From: Octopus sinensis
Taxonomy: Eukaryota
Length of the DNA: 49,014 bases
Assembly (NCBI RefSeq): GCF_006345805.1
Contig: NW_021834389.1
Span: 1-49,014 of the forward strand
Direction: 5' to 3'
The translations under genes were made by a program, and so were the position numbers. The notes beneath the pieces are model-generated. The model saw only the letters and a program-made list of their open reading frames with translations. It had not been told where the DNA came from and searched no databases. Below are positions 25,723 through 37,661 of the stretch, in pieces (within the stretch, counting starts at the first letter, position 1; every line of letters begins with the position of its first letter).

Positions 25723-26504
25723 GGTGCACTATCTATTCGGGCACATCTGTTCTCAGTTATTATTTTGCATTATGTTAGATGTTGTTTGAAGCATGCATTC
25801 AAAATGGCCGATATTCATAGTAACACACACTCCGCTTGATTTGGTTCGTGTCATTTTCTACATTTGCAATTCATCATTATTACCGCTAACATACATATAT
25901 TACAGTTCACTTATTATTGTTAGCCAAAATAAGCATTACAAACACGAGTTGAATATGCAAATGAAGTTATAGAATATAAATTGGATATTTTTGTATTCCT
26001 GTTGTAGGTTTGTTTTTGGTGGTGTTCTTATTGATGTCGTTGGCGGTGGCGGATATTTCTATAATGCATTTAATTTTATACATTTCTATATAGTTTGTGA
26101 AACCCCGCTGTAACGAACAGATACACCATTTTTATATGCAGTTTCTGCAATTTAACCACGTTTTAGTTTTTCACGAAAGATCAGCTATTGTTGTCATCGT
26201 CGACGTCGTGGTGGTGGTCATCACTGTGATTATCGTGGTTGTTCCATTGGTCGTCTTCGTTGTTACTGTTATTGTGTAACCCCAGGTCGGTCTCGACTAA
26301 GTAGAACTGTGATCAAAAGCGTTCCCGCCTCCATGACCATCTCAATTTATTTTCATAGTGTACACAGGCGCAGGAGTGGCTGTGTGGTATGTAGCTTGCT
26401 TACCAACCACATGGTTCTAGGTTCAGTACCACTGCATGGCACCTTGAGCGAACAATACACAACATGTAGGGACATACAAACAGGGGAAAAAGGTTAGAAC
26501 CAAC

Positions 26505-27580
26505 GTATGAAAAAATGACATGAAAAGTGAAATGAAAATGGAATGAAATCACGTTGCCCCACTTCATAGCAGCTTCATTTATATGTTTTAAACTTCGTTC
26601 CCGCTAGAATATCGAGTCCAAATTCTTCCACCACTCCCTCATATATCATAAACTGTGGTAATACGTCCCAATCCAATTTCACCTCCAACACCTTTATCCG
26701 CTTTTATATATTGTTAATTTTTCTTTCTGTTCATCCGAGCAAAACGCGCAACAGTGCTATCCCCTTATGCTGTCAAAACTCGTTGTTCCAACTGTTTTAA
26801 AATCTTCCCAAGATAACACTTCTTTACACAGTTTTTCATCTGAGTCATCATACATTATTGTGTGGCATTGTTTTTTTTTATGTCTGGAGGGAGGGAGTTT
26901 GGGAGTTCTTGTCTGTTTGTACATTTTTTGTGTCAGAGGGGGATGGGTAGGTTTGGTGTCTGTAGGGGGATGATGGGTCGAAGAGGGTGTGGGTGGGTGT
27001 TGGGTGATTATGGGGCTTATTTTTTTCTTTTTCTCTTGTTCCTTTTTCTTATTGTTTTCCATTCGTTGTCTGTTTCTTTACTTTTTTCTTCGGCGGAATT
27101 CCCTCCACCCTAAATCTGGTCGCACGTTGTCCACGGTAAGTGGACAAAAGCACCACGTTCTCACTCTTAATGGTAGTCGCTGCGTATTTTTGTGTGCTGT
27201 TGCCGCGTCCTTGAATCTCACCTCCATTACTCCGAACTTAGTATCTCTCGCAAGGTACACAATTACATGCTATATTTGTCTTAACGCTTTCTCTATTTGG
27301 CCTGTGGTCATGACGTCAATTTTTCCTTCAATTATTGAAAAAGTTTTGTACAAAATTGTTCTTTCTTTGATACTATTAAGCGTCATCTCGACTTAATAGA
27401 TTTTTGTAATTTTCAAATTCACCAATATTAATATCATTTTCCTGGCACTTTGCCACGTCCGCGAAGTTTCTCTTTTCTTCATCTAATTTTTCATCCATTT
27501 TCAAAAAATTCTTCCTCCGAAGATGATATATCTGAAAAGCTGAAGACTTCTTCAGACATCTTTTCACTAAGCCGACCCTC
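26505..27580 (-). mobile_element. L1/Tx1-like ORF1 remnant, copy 2, ending in a TTTCA-like repetitive tail
   Basis: Manual translation across one stop and a frameshift gives MSEEVFSFSDISSSEEEF..NFADVAK..RTILYKTF..QIEKALRQI*HVIVYLARDTKFGVMEVRFKDAATAHKYAATTIKSENVVLLSTYRGQRATRFRVEGIPP, then a Pro/Thr/Lys-rich stretch. The clade assignment is an inference from RRM-like spacing. Confidence 0.6.
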
Positions 27581-27689
27581 CCCTATGAGGAGGGGAAGCA
27601 CAAACTAATTGCTGCAAAGCAGCACAAAAACAATTAATCGCAGTGTTTAAAGCATTAAAACAAAATATACGATGTTAATACTGTGTAAA

Positions 27690-28330
27690 TACCGTCAAAA
27701 ATCCTCATTGTCAATGAGGATGGCTGCCACTACCCATTCAGCTTCTATCTCGGGCGGGATTCCTTCCACCCTGATCCTGGACGTCTTCCTGCCAAGATAC
27801 GAGGGCAGAAGTAATATTTTTTCTGATTTGATAGTCCTTGCTGCCATCCTCCTGGCGACTGCCTCCGATTCGAACTGCACAACGACAGTACCATACTTAT
27901 TCCCTCTTGTCAGGAATATTACCTTTTCTGTTATTGAGCGTAATACCTTCTCCACGGTTTCCATTCCGACTAAAACTATTTTCCTTTTTTCTGTCGCGAA
28001 CACTTTGTATGTAATGGCTTTCCTTTCAAAACTCTTTATTGTTTTCCTTGGCGGAAACAATTTCACGTCACCGCCTAACTTTTTCACCCATTTTTGGCCG
28101 TCGGGTAACCTAGCAAGGTTAACCTCCTTACTTGTTGGCTTCATTACTCATGCGTAATTCATTCTTCCTTCTAACGCCATATCCATTCTGTTGACCGCTC
28201 TCGCCAGTTCCTCCTCCGAAGTCGACAGGTCTACTCACTGAGGTCAGAATACCTATTTCTCCTTGCCATTTCTGAAAAACACCACCGCTGCGAACAGCAA
28301 AAATCCAAAACAATTACACAAAACAAATTC
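27690..28330 (-). mobile_element. L1/Tx1-like ORF1 remnant, copy 1
   Basis: ORF 27695..28144 reads KAITYKVF..TVEKVLRSITEKVIFLTRGNKYGTVVVQFESEAVARRMAARTIKSEKILLLPSYLGRKTSRIRVEGIPP, with upstream STSEEEL..NYA*VMK. It is clearly homologous to copy 2. Confidence 0.62.
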
Positions 28331-28399
28331 AACCTTGAACCATTGAACCTTGAACCACTCAACCTACACAGACGAAAAAGCACGAAGCATCAAACACGA

Positions 28400-28655
28400 C
28401 GTGCTGACGATTCTGCCAGCTCGCCGCCTTGCAGGCAGAATTAATCCTTTCCATTGAAGAACACAAGGCCTGAAATTTTGGCGAAGGGGACTAGTCGATT
28501 ACATCGACCTTAGTGTTCAACAGTTACTTATTTTATCGACCCCGAAAGGCAAAGTCGAGCTCGGCAAAATTTGAACTCAGATCATAGCGACTGGCGAAAT
28601 ACCGCTAAGCATTCCGTCCAGTGTGCTAACGATTCTACCAGCTCGCTGCCTTGCA
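28400..28655 (-). mobile_element. SINE family B2 plus an adjacent second B head
   Basis: Two heads, GATTCT(G/A)CCAGCTCGC(C/T)GCCTTGCAGGCAGAA, at ~28410 and ~28631. Confidence 0.8.
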
Positions 28656-29175
28656 GGCAGAAATAATAATAAACGGAAATATATTTATATACCGTTCGTG
28701 AATACACATACCGATGGACATTAACATGTGCATAGCAGCAATTAGTGATAGAAAACTAAATATTTCTATATGGCATCCGAATAAATGAAGAAAAACTCTA
28801 ATTTCTATTCTAATTATATTATTGATTTTTGTGTCATATTTGAAGTCTCCAACATACACGCTGCTTTTCACGTACATTTATACACCAATGTACGCATGCA
28901 TGTATCAGTACGAGTATCTACATAACTCTCTGTCTGTCTGTCTTTCTTTCTGTCTCTCAGTTCAATAAAAATTGTTTTATAATTGGTTTTATCAATTGAG
29001 ATTTTGTCATGCTGGAACAATGCCACAACTTATCGAAGTTCTTCACTAAATTATGTTTTCCTCAGTTGTTTTGCTAATGATATCATTGACGCGTAGCTTG
29101 AACTTACTGTTTGATTTTTATAGATTGTCTATAATTAAAGCACTCATTAATATTCGTCCTGTTACTGTTGCTGTT

Positions 29176-29231
<56 letters not shown>

Positions 29232-29242
29232 GTTATTATTAT

Positions 29243-29641
29243 ACTTCTTTTTTACTTGCTTCAGTCATTTTGACTGTGGCCATGCTGGAGCACCGCTTTT
29301 AGTCGCGCAAATCGACTCCAGGACTTATTCTTTGTAAGCCTAGTACGTATTCTATCGTCTCTTTTGCCGTGCCGCTAGGCTACGGGGACGTAAACCACAC
29401 CACCATCGGTTGTCAAGCGATGTTGGGGGGACAAACACAGACACACAAACATATACATACATACATATATATATATACGACGGGCTTCTTTCAGTTTCCG
29501 TCGACCAAATCCACTCACAAGGCTTTGGTCGGCCCGAGGCTATAGTAGAAGACACTTGTCCAAGATACCACGCAGTGGGACTGAACCAAGAACCATGTGG
29601 TTGGTAAGTAAGCTACATACCACACAGCCACTCCTACGCCT
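29243..29641 (-). mobile_element. SINE family D, full length
   Basis: Reverse complement of family D, lying between (TTA)n and (CTT)n arrays. Confidence 0.92.
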
Positions 29642-30125
29642 ATTCTTCTTCTTCTTCTTCTTCTTCTTCTTAGTTGTTGTTTAGTCCCAGATCAACCCTT
29701 TACTTTTAGGCCTGTGATCATAACTAGGATGGTGTCATTGCTAGAAACACAAGTACCCAACATCGCATCCCCAAAATTACCGTTCGGATGATTGACATAA
29801 AATCTCCCCCAAAACAACATATTTCATCCCCTGTTACTGTAACCTTTCTGGAGAACATACAACACGTCCCGATACTGGTAGTATCACCAGATAGAGTGCT
29901 TGAGTCGATTTGTTCGGTGCCCCAGCTTGGCCGCTGTCTGATGACTGAAACAAGTAAAACAAAGGATAAACAAGAACCATCCATAACAACTCTTCCTTTA
30001 AAAACCTACTAAACACACCACACATGATTCTCCCCAATTTGAATATTTATTCTTGTACGTATTTCCTTCAGCCGTCAATTTCCAAATGTTCAAGCGAAAC
30101 GTTAAGAGCATCAACATATCCGATC

Positions 30126-30542
30126 TTATTTTTCTTTACTGCCCACAAGGGGCTAAACACAGAGAGGACAAACAAGGACAGACAAGCGGATTAAATCGAT
30201 TACATCGACCCAGTGCGAACTGGTACTTTATTCATCGACCCCGAAAGGATGAAAGGCAAAGTCGACCTCGGCGGAATTTGAACTCAGAACGTAACGACAG
30301 ACGAAATACCTATTTCTTTACTATCCACAAGGGGCTAAATACAGAGGGGACAAACAAGGACAGACAAACAGATTAAGTCGATTACATCGACCCCAGTGCG
30401 TAACTGGTACTTAATTTATCGACCCCGAAAGGATGAAAGGCAAAGTGGACCACGGCGGAATTTGAACTCAGAACGTAACGGCAGACGAAAAATCGCTAAG
30501 CATTTCGCCCGGCGTGCTAACGTTTCTGCCAGCTCGCCGCCT
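30126..30542 (-). mobile_element. SINE family B, dimeric
   Basis: Junction CGAAATACCTATTTC (~30302-30317) is the reverse complement of the junction in the other two dimers. Confidence 0.9.
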
Positions 30543-31347
30543 TATCATCTCCGATCTTAGACTCGCTCGAAAGCTATGAGCACAACCTATTTCCCCAGAT
30601 TGAAAAACGTTGTTTCATCATTTTCCATTCTATCTCTTTGTAAGTCAATGAATACTTTGTCTTGTCTGTATCGCTTTCTATTTAAGACGACAGTAAGGGT
30701 TTTACTCGAGTGATATTTGGTTGCTATTTCTAGCAGGTCGAACGAAGCGGTCACATAAAGGCTCCTTTACTGGTTACTTATTATTTGTATTGTTTAAATC
30801 AAGTGAACGCCATTCACATATCTTAAGATATAACTTAATAGACATCCATACATAAATGCAAAGTGATCACATCTAAATCACAAACTGACCTCTGACCTTA
30901 TCTGGAGGCTATGAATCAGTTTTAATCGAAGGTCTTTCGCCATTCTTCTTCTCGTTATTACACCGGACACAAAATGTTTGTAAGTATCTGATCTTAGTAT
31001 CATAGAATGTCACAGTATGTGGTGCAGTGTAATATATTCCAGTTAAAATATTTCCGTATTCTTTTCTTTTTGCATTTCTAGTGCACAATGCACAACCATT
31101 ATGATAATAACATTGGCATTTTAATTTCGTTAGACACGTTTAATAGATGCAAAAATTCTGTTAGGCTTTCTCTTCGGCGACGTATGTAGCGTGCAAGTCC
31201 ATTGCCTACATTTCACTGTTCAACCTTTAGAAAACAGGTTAAGTACCAACAAAATGTTTTACCGGAAAACCAGACACGTGATTTCCCGTTGATGTTAAAG
31301 GTTTGTTAGCTTATAATATCACCAACGATGTTGAATGTTTGGGCTGA

Positions 31348-31419
<72 letters not shown>

Positions 31420-31482
31420 GTGAGAGAGAGAGAGAGAGGATAGAGAGAGAGGTGAGAGAGTGTATGGAGAAATTACATACAA

Positions 31483-31626
31483 TATTATTTTCTGCTCTAG
31501 GCACAAGGCCAGAAATTCTGGGGGAGGGGGCCAGTCGATTAGATCGACCCCAGTACGCACCCAGTACTTAATTTATCGACCCCGAAAGAATGAAAAGCAA
31601 AGTCGACCTCGGCGGAATTTGAACTT
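31483..31626 (-). mobile_element. SINE family B2, 5'-truncated
   Basis: GGCACAAGGCCAGAAATTCTGGGGGAGG..CGACCCCGAAAGAATGAAAAGCAAAGTCGACC. Confidence 0.82.
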
Positions 31627-32261
31627 AGAAATTACATACAATGATAAGAGGAGTCTCTTTGTAGTAGCTCGACTTGGTAAAGATAGTCAATTTTTCTTAA
31701 ACTAAGATATACTGTCTTAAAAAAAATATGAGCAATACATTGGACAACCGAGTCTCAAGATACACAGAAAAAGACGGCAGATGACGACGGTTTAGGTCCG
31801 AGAAGACTTCTATTTACCCACCAGTATCACAACTCATACTGGAAACTGTCGTAGCACCGTCCTTCTTTCTTTTGCCAAACCATTATAATAATATTTTCGT
31901 ACGAGTTCCTTATAATTTGTTTGAATCTTGAAAACCTTTTAAAAATAATAAGCAGTCTCTAGATTTCCCCGGTCTCATTATCTGGATGATGTAATTTTGG
32001 CCTGTGATATTCCCGTTCTCTATAAGGCAAGGTGATTGGTGTCAATATTAACACTGAAATTCGAATGGCAAATGTAGCTTCTTAAAATGAGAGCAACAAA
32101 TGTCAAGACAATTTTATCCATCAGAGGAGGCGGCGGAGACAGAGGATACTTTGAAGGCGGATTTCGCAACTTTATTGCTCCCCGCCAAAAAGCAAGGAAG
32201 AACTATTTTGGAAATATGGAAACAAACTATACACACAAACACACACACACGCACACACACT

Positions 32262-32304
<43 letters not shown>

Positions 32305-32306
<2 letters not shown>

Positions 32307-32712
32307 TCCAAGTATGGCTACATTCTCATGTAACAAAGAAGCTTGAGAGGCGGTTGGATGGAACTTACACTCGCCTCCTTATGAGAGCTCAAAATCTCTC
32401 GTGGAAGCGCCATTCAACCAAAATGCAAATATATGGGAAACTACCACCTGTATCATCTCTTGGGAAAGGTAGAAGAGTCCAGTTTGCTGGACATTGTTGT
32501 AGAGCTGAAAACGAGGCAATTTCTACTATTCTCCTCTGGAAGCCATCTGCTCGCGATACCAGAGGGCGCACACTCTCCTACCCTGATGTAATCTCCAGGG
32601 ATACAGGCATCCAGCAACAGGATCTCCGTAATGCTATGATGGGTCGTGAAGTCTGGCGTAGCATAGTAAATTCCATTGTCTCGACCACGGTCGAACAACG
32701 ATGATGATGATA
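32305..32712 (+). mobile_element. RTE-clade LINE 3' fragment
   Basis: TKKLERRLDGTYTRLLMRAQNLSWKRH..RRVQFAGHCCR..ILLWKP..GRTLSYPDVISRDTG..AMMGREVWR is the typical RTE ORF C-terminus, followed by a (GAT)n tail. Confidence 0.85.
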
Positions 32713-32734
32713 CATTCTCATCAGCAACATACAT

Positions 32735-33145
32735 AGGCGCAGGAGTGGCTGTGTGGTAAGTAGCTTGTTTACCAACCACATGGTTCCGGGTTCAGTCCCA
32801 CTGCGTGGCACCTTGGGCAAGTGTCTTCTGCTATAGCCTCGGGCCGACCAAAGCCTTGTGAGTGGATTTGGTAGACGGAAACTGAAAGAAGCCCGTCGTA
32901 TATATGTATATATATATATATATGCGTGTGTGTGTTTGTGTGTCTGTGTTTGTCCCCCTAGCATTGCTTGACAACCGATGCTGGTGAGTTTATGTCCCCG
33001 TTACTTAGCGGTTCGGCAAAAGAGACCGATAGAATAAGTACTGGGCTTAGAAAAGAATAAGTCCCGAGGTCGAGTTGCTTGACTAAAGGCGGTGCTTCAG
33101 CATGGCCGCAGTCAAATGCCTGAAACAAGTAAAAGAGTAAAGAGT
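32735..33145 (+). mobile_element. SINE family D, full length
   Basis: A well-preserved copy with all family D modules. Confidence 0.93.
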
Positions 33146-33329
33146 ATACATGATCTTGCAAGGAAGATTAGATTCCACTCCAGCGATTCTCAGCCTTTTG
33201 TTATCGTGACCGATTTTCGGAAAATCAATAATCATCCATGACCTTTTTTTTGAGAAATGTTTAATTAAAAATCAATTTTCCTAAAATATATATGCCAATT
33301 GATTGCACTTAACAATACTATATATTCGT

Positions 33330-33770
33330 ATAGCCGCTGGAGTGGCTGCTTCCTAACCACATGGTTCCGAGTTCAATCTCACTGCGTGGCACCTTGGGTA
33401 AGTGTTTTCTACTATAGCCCCTGGTCAACTAAAGCCTTGCGAGTGGCTTTGGTAAACGGAAACAGAGAGAAGCCCATCGTATACACACACACACACACAC
33501 ACACACATATGTAAGTGTTTTTGTATCTACGTTTGTCTCCTACCATCGCTTGACAACCGGTGTTGGTGTGTTTAGGTCTCCCATAACATATCGGTCTCCA
33601 AAACAGACAGAATACTCTTTTACTCTTTTAGTTGTTTCAGTCATTTGACTGCGGCCAAGCTGGAGCACCGCCTTTAATCGAGTAGATCGACCCCAGGACT
33701 TATTGTATGTAAGCCTAGTACTTATTCTATCGTAATTTTTTGCCGAACCGCTAAGTTACGGGGACGCAAA
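33330..33770. mobile_element. Two family D pieces tail-to-tail (+ 33330-33605; - 33613-33770)
   Basis: The plus-strand head and core are followed directly by the reverse complement of the D tail. Confidence 0.8.
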
Positions 33771-33811
33771 CACAAAGGAAAGAGAGAGAGAGGCGCAAGA
33801 TGAGCGCACAT

Positions 33812-34005
33812 GCTCCACCTACCTCCCCTCCACTTACATCCCTCCACTTACCTCCCCTCCCCTCCATTTACCTCCTCTCCCCTCTACTTACCTCCCCTCC
33901 ACTTACCTCCCCTCCAACTACCCCTCCCCTCCTCCTCCTATCCCTCATACACCTCCTCCTACCTCATCTTCTACCCCTCCTCTTCCCACTCCGCCTATCC
34001 CCTCA
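33812..34005. repeat. Polypyrimidine minisatellite, unit approximately CTCCCCTCCACTTAC
   Basis: Seen directly; the unit repeats about 5 times and then degenerates. Confidence 0.9.
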
Positions 34006-34919
34006 TTCTCTATGATTGTCTTTCACTATGTGTGTAGCTTTCCATTACTTATTGTCTGCCAACATGCCGAGCATGTGCGCTCATCCTGCGCCCCGCTTTT
34101 CTCTCTCTCTCTCCTCTCTCTCTCTCTCCTTTTCCGCTTCGATATAAAAGCGTAACAGGAGCAAGCAAACAACCAACCGACAAACCAACTGACTATCCAA
34201 TCTTTACGTCGGCTGTTAATAATTATTTCGAGACAGATATTACTTTTCAATGCAGTGCACAAATAGGCAGACGTAATTTTGTTAATTTTCGCTAATTTCA
34301 TTATGTTTGAATATTCTTTGTTTGTTTACAAGCGATATAAAATAGTGTTGCTGTCATCTTTGTCTTGTCGAGATGGGAACGACAAGATGACGACAACAAG
34401 AATGAAATGGCCACCACTTAACCTTAAAACGAAAGCAAATACACAGACATTGTAACTGTAAAGAAATGAATCACGAATATTTTACAAAAGATGAAAGAAA
34501 ACTGTGTTTGTTAAATATAAATCCCATGTGAAAACGACCGATGTTTATTATAAAGGAGAATAAAAGAAAATAAAAGTCAGATTGAAGATATAAATAGTCA
34601 CTTTCCAGTCCCTGAGGCTCTCTCCTGGCGACCTACACATCTATCATATTGTAAAAACTGCAACGATTAAATTTCCACTTTAGGAATTAACACATTCGAG
34701 TCTTGTACAATTTTGACTGTCTGTAAGCGCTACTGCTACTACATATAGAAATACCCAAAGATAATATCTAAAGACGGCCATTCGACTGATCGACAAAAGG
34801 ACATTTTCGTAAACAAAATATAAATGTTTATTCATATCCACACTGGTTCGTATCTTTCTGCCTCTCCAGCTGCGACTATAATGGTTCTGCGGAGCGAAAT
34901 AATATACTCCCCATGTGAT

Positions 34920-35112
34920 CGCTCGATTTGTTAAAAATAGCAGCCTAATCTCCTTTAAATCACGTCAAATCGCTTTGCATTACAGAAGAAAGGGCAAATT
35001 AAGTAATATGAAGCCATGGTCGTGGCTGGAAGGCTTTTGATCATGTCTTGTCACCCAGAGATGATCTGGATTTAATCAACAACAGCAACAATTCCTGCAA
35101 CAATAACAGCAG
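34920..35112 (+). mobile_element. Short interspersed family E with an (AAC)n tail
   Basis: AAATAGCAGCCTAATCTCC..GGCTGGAAGGCTTTTGATCATG..AACAACAGCAACAA. Related pieces occur at 13069-13150, 13431-13462, 14671-14705, 25305-25380, 26270-26345, 29672-29740 and 30714-30765. Confidence 0.7.
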
Positions 35113-35118
35113 TAACAG

Positions 35119-35150
<32 letters not shown>

Positions 35151-35690
35151 GTCTAGTGGCACAGTTACCCATTCCTCTAGGTAACACCTGTCGCGCCTTC
35201 TGGGGTCTCAGTTGCCAGATCCGGAACTAAACACTTTACCGAATCCTTCCTCCCCCCACAACTTATTTCTTTCTGAAATTTCCTCTTCGCCATTAATCTT
35301 TTACAGACATCAACCTACACATGTGTAAATTGAATTGAACACCAACTGCTTCGATCTTATCACAAATCATATGCATTCCGCCTCTGTTTATAAGGAAGTA
35401 GTTTTTTTTCTTTCCTCTCGTCTGTTACATTATTCAAAGATTGTTCGTCTTGCATCCGGCAGCGAATGTTGTGAAGTGATTTTGTTTCGTTTCTCCTTCT
35501 TCGTGTATTTTCAAAGTAAGATTGTTCTTTTACTTCTATCGTAGCAGGATATGAGAATTCTACCGAACCTGCATACATTACACTTGACATTTTCTGTATT
35601 TTCTTCGCTTGATCTATGTTATGCCAAATTATTTTTTGTGTCGATAACATTGTTATTTAACTGGGTCATGAAGTTACTAGTCTACAATAT

Positions 35691-36109
35691 TACTCTTTTA
35701 CTCTTTTACTTGTGTCAGTCATTTGACTGCGGCCATGCTGGAGCACCGCCTTTTAGTCGAGCAAATCGGCCCCAGGACTTAGTCTTTGTAAGCCTAGTAC
35801 TTATTCTATCGGTGTCTTTTGCCGAACTGCTAAGTTACTGGGACGTAACACACCAGTATCGGTTGTCAAGAGATGTTGGGGGGACAAACACAGACACACA
35901 AACATATACACACACACACACATATATACATACATGTACATATATACGACGGGCTTCTTTCAGTTTCCGTCTACCAAATTCACTCATAAGGCTTTGGTCG
36001 GCCAGAGGCTATAGTAGAAGACACTTTCCCAAGGTGCCACGCAGTAGGACTGAACCCAGAACCACGTGGCTGGTAAGCAAGCTACTTACCACACAGCCAC
36101 TCCTGCACC
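35691..36109 (-). mobile_element. SINE family D, full length
   Basis: Reverse complement of family D; it accounts for most of ORF 35551..36156. Confidence 0.92.
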
Positions 36110-36739
36110 CATATGGTAATTTCTCTTTATCGAATATAACGCATTCATTCTGTTAGATTTCTCTTGATTAACTATAATACATTCTCTGTACTTTTAAATA
36201 GATTCTTCTGTGTAGTACGTTTTTAGTTTCACTTTCACTTTGAAAGAGACAGAAAAACTGTTGCGCTTCTGGTCACTTATAATGCTTGCAAAATATTGAT
36301 CCAATGAGAGTTTCTTGGATAAATCAAAATGTAATTCTAAGATCATGTGTGAAATAATGTTCAACGATAAGTTATTAATTGATGAGAAAATTCGACCTTT
36401 CAGGTCGGTGTTTCTTCGTTGAATCATTCATCCATTTGAAGCTAATTAAGTGAAGCAGAACGAACTCGTGCATAGATTCTGTATTGAGATATCTCTCAGT
36501 ACAAAAGAACAAATATCCTTTTGGCCGTTGAGATTTCACTCTGAAAAAACTTATTCGGCGTGACAAGTTATTCTTTTAACAATCTCTGCAAGCACAGATT
36601 TTCTATTAAAAAAAAGACATCTCAAATGTTTAATACAAGGTATCACCATCATATCAAATGTATAGAGACTGTTAGAAGGCAAGGTGCTATGAAATTGTCT
36701 GAGATAAAATCTTTTCATAGGCTTATGTGTTACAAATAA

Positions 36740-36770
<31 letters not shown>

Positions 36771-36911
36771 TGACCCTGTTATCTCCCCTATTTTCGCTCT
36801 TGCGTCTCACGTTTGGTTTCTGACTTCTGGCCAGAATCGCCATGTTGAATCGCTAGCGTCTGCACGCATTTTTTTCTCTCCTTGTATCTCTCCGTGTTTC
36901 TTTTCTGTGTA

Positions 36912-36949
36912 TCTTTCTGTTGAAGAGCGTAGGCTCGAAATGTAAAAGA
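36912..36949 (+). ncRNA. Degenerate minimal type I hammerhead-ribozyme-like motif in a probable Penelope-like remnant
   Basis: TCTTT-CTGTTGA-A-GAGC(GTAG)GCTC-GAAA-TGTA-AAAGA: stem I TCTTT/AAAGA, stem II GAGC/GCTC and core GAAA are present. CUGAUGA is altered to CUGUUGA. Confidence 0.5.
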
Positions 36950-37062
36950 CTTGTTTTATTTATATTCCTGAGCGCCATACTAATACAATTGTTTGTTTTT
37001 GTATGTACTCACCTGCCTTCGTCTTTGTTTATTTTCATAAAGCTTCCCGTTATATATATATA

Positions 37063-37275
37063 GGTGCAGGCGTTGCTGTGTGGTCAGAGGCCTGCTTTTC
37101 AAACACACGGTTCCGTGTTCAGTCCCACTGCGTGGCACCTTGGGCAAGTGTCTTCTACTATATCCTCGGGCCGACCAAAGTCTTGTGAGTGGATTTGGTA
37201 GACGGAAACTGAAAGAAGTCCTTCGTGTATATGTATTTATACTTACGTGTGTGTCTTTGTGTCTGTGTTTGCCAC
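37063..37275 (+). mobile_element. SINE family D, 5' half
   Basis: GGTGCAGGCGTTGCTGTGTGG..CCTTGGGCAAGTG..GGATTTGGTAGACGGAAACTG. Confidence 0.85.
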
Positions 37276-37384
37276 GCAGTAGGAATGACACCGGAGTCGT
37301 GTTGTTGGAAACTTCTTACCACACAGCCACGCTGTGAAAATGTATATTCAGGGTTGTGTCAAATATATGCTTGTTCCTTCTCGT

Positions 37385-37661
37385 GCCATGCCTGGCTCAT
37401 AAGGCCCGGTTATCTGGTTTCCTTGGTGTATAGGTTCCCCACCTGGACGGGACGCTGGTCCGTCGAGCGTGAGCAGCGTGATGCAGGAGGAAAGAGTGAG
37501 AGAAAGTTGTGGTGAAAGAGTCATCAGAAGTTCGCCATTACCTTCTGCTGGAGCCGCGTGAAGCTTAGGTGCTTCGCTCATAAACACACACATCGCCCGG
37601 TCTGAGATTCGAACCCACTAACCCTCGACCGCGAGTTCGCTGCTCTAACCACTCGGCCTCC
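37385..37661 (-). mobile_element. SINE with family A head and the family C tail (tail Y)
   Basis: The A-type head and GAGTGAGAGAAAGTTGTGG segment are joined to GGCTCATAAGGCCCGG..TTCCCCACCTGGACGGGACGC, as in the family C copies. Confidence 0.82.

Noticed and set aside
34069-34087. p53-like element CAACATGCCGAGCATGTGC
   Set aside because: The spacing between the CATG cores is 5 nt rather than the canonical 6.
35360-35650. 96-aa minus-strand ORF (MLSTQKIIW..)
   Set aside because: No recognisable domain or convincing splice context; this length is attainable by chance.
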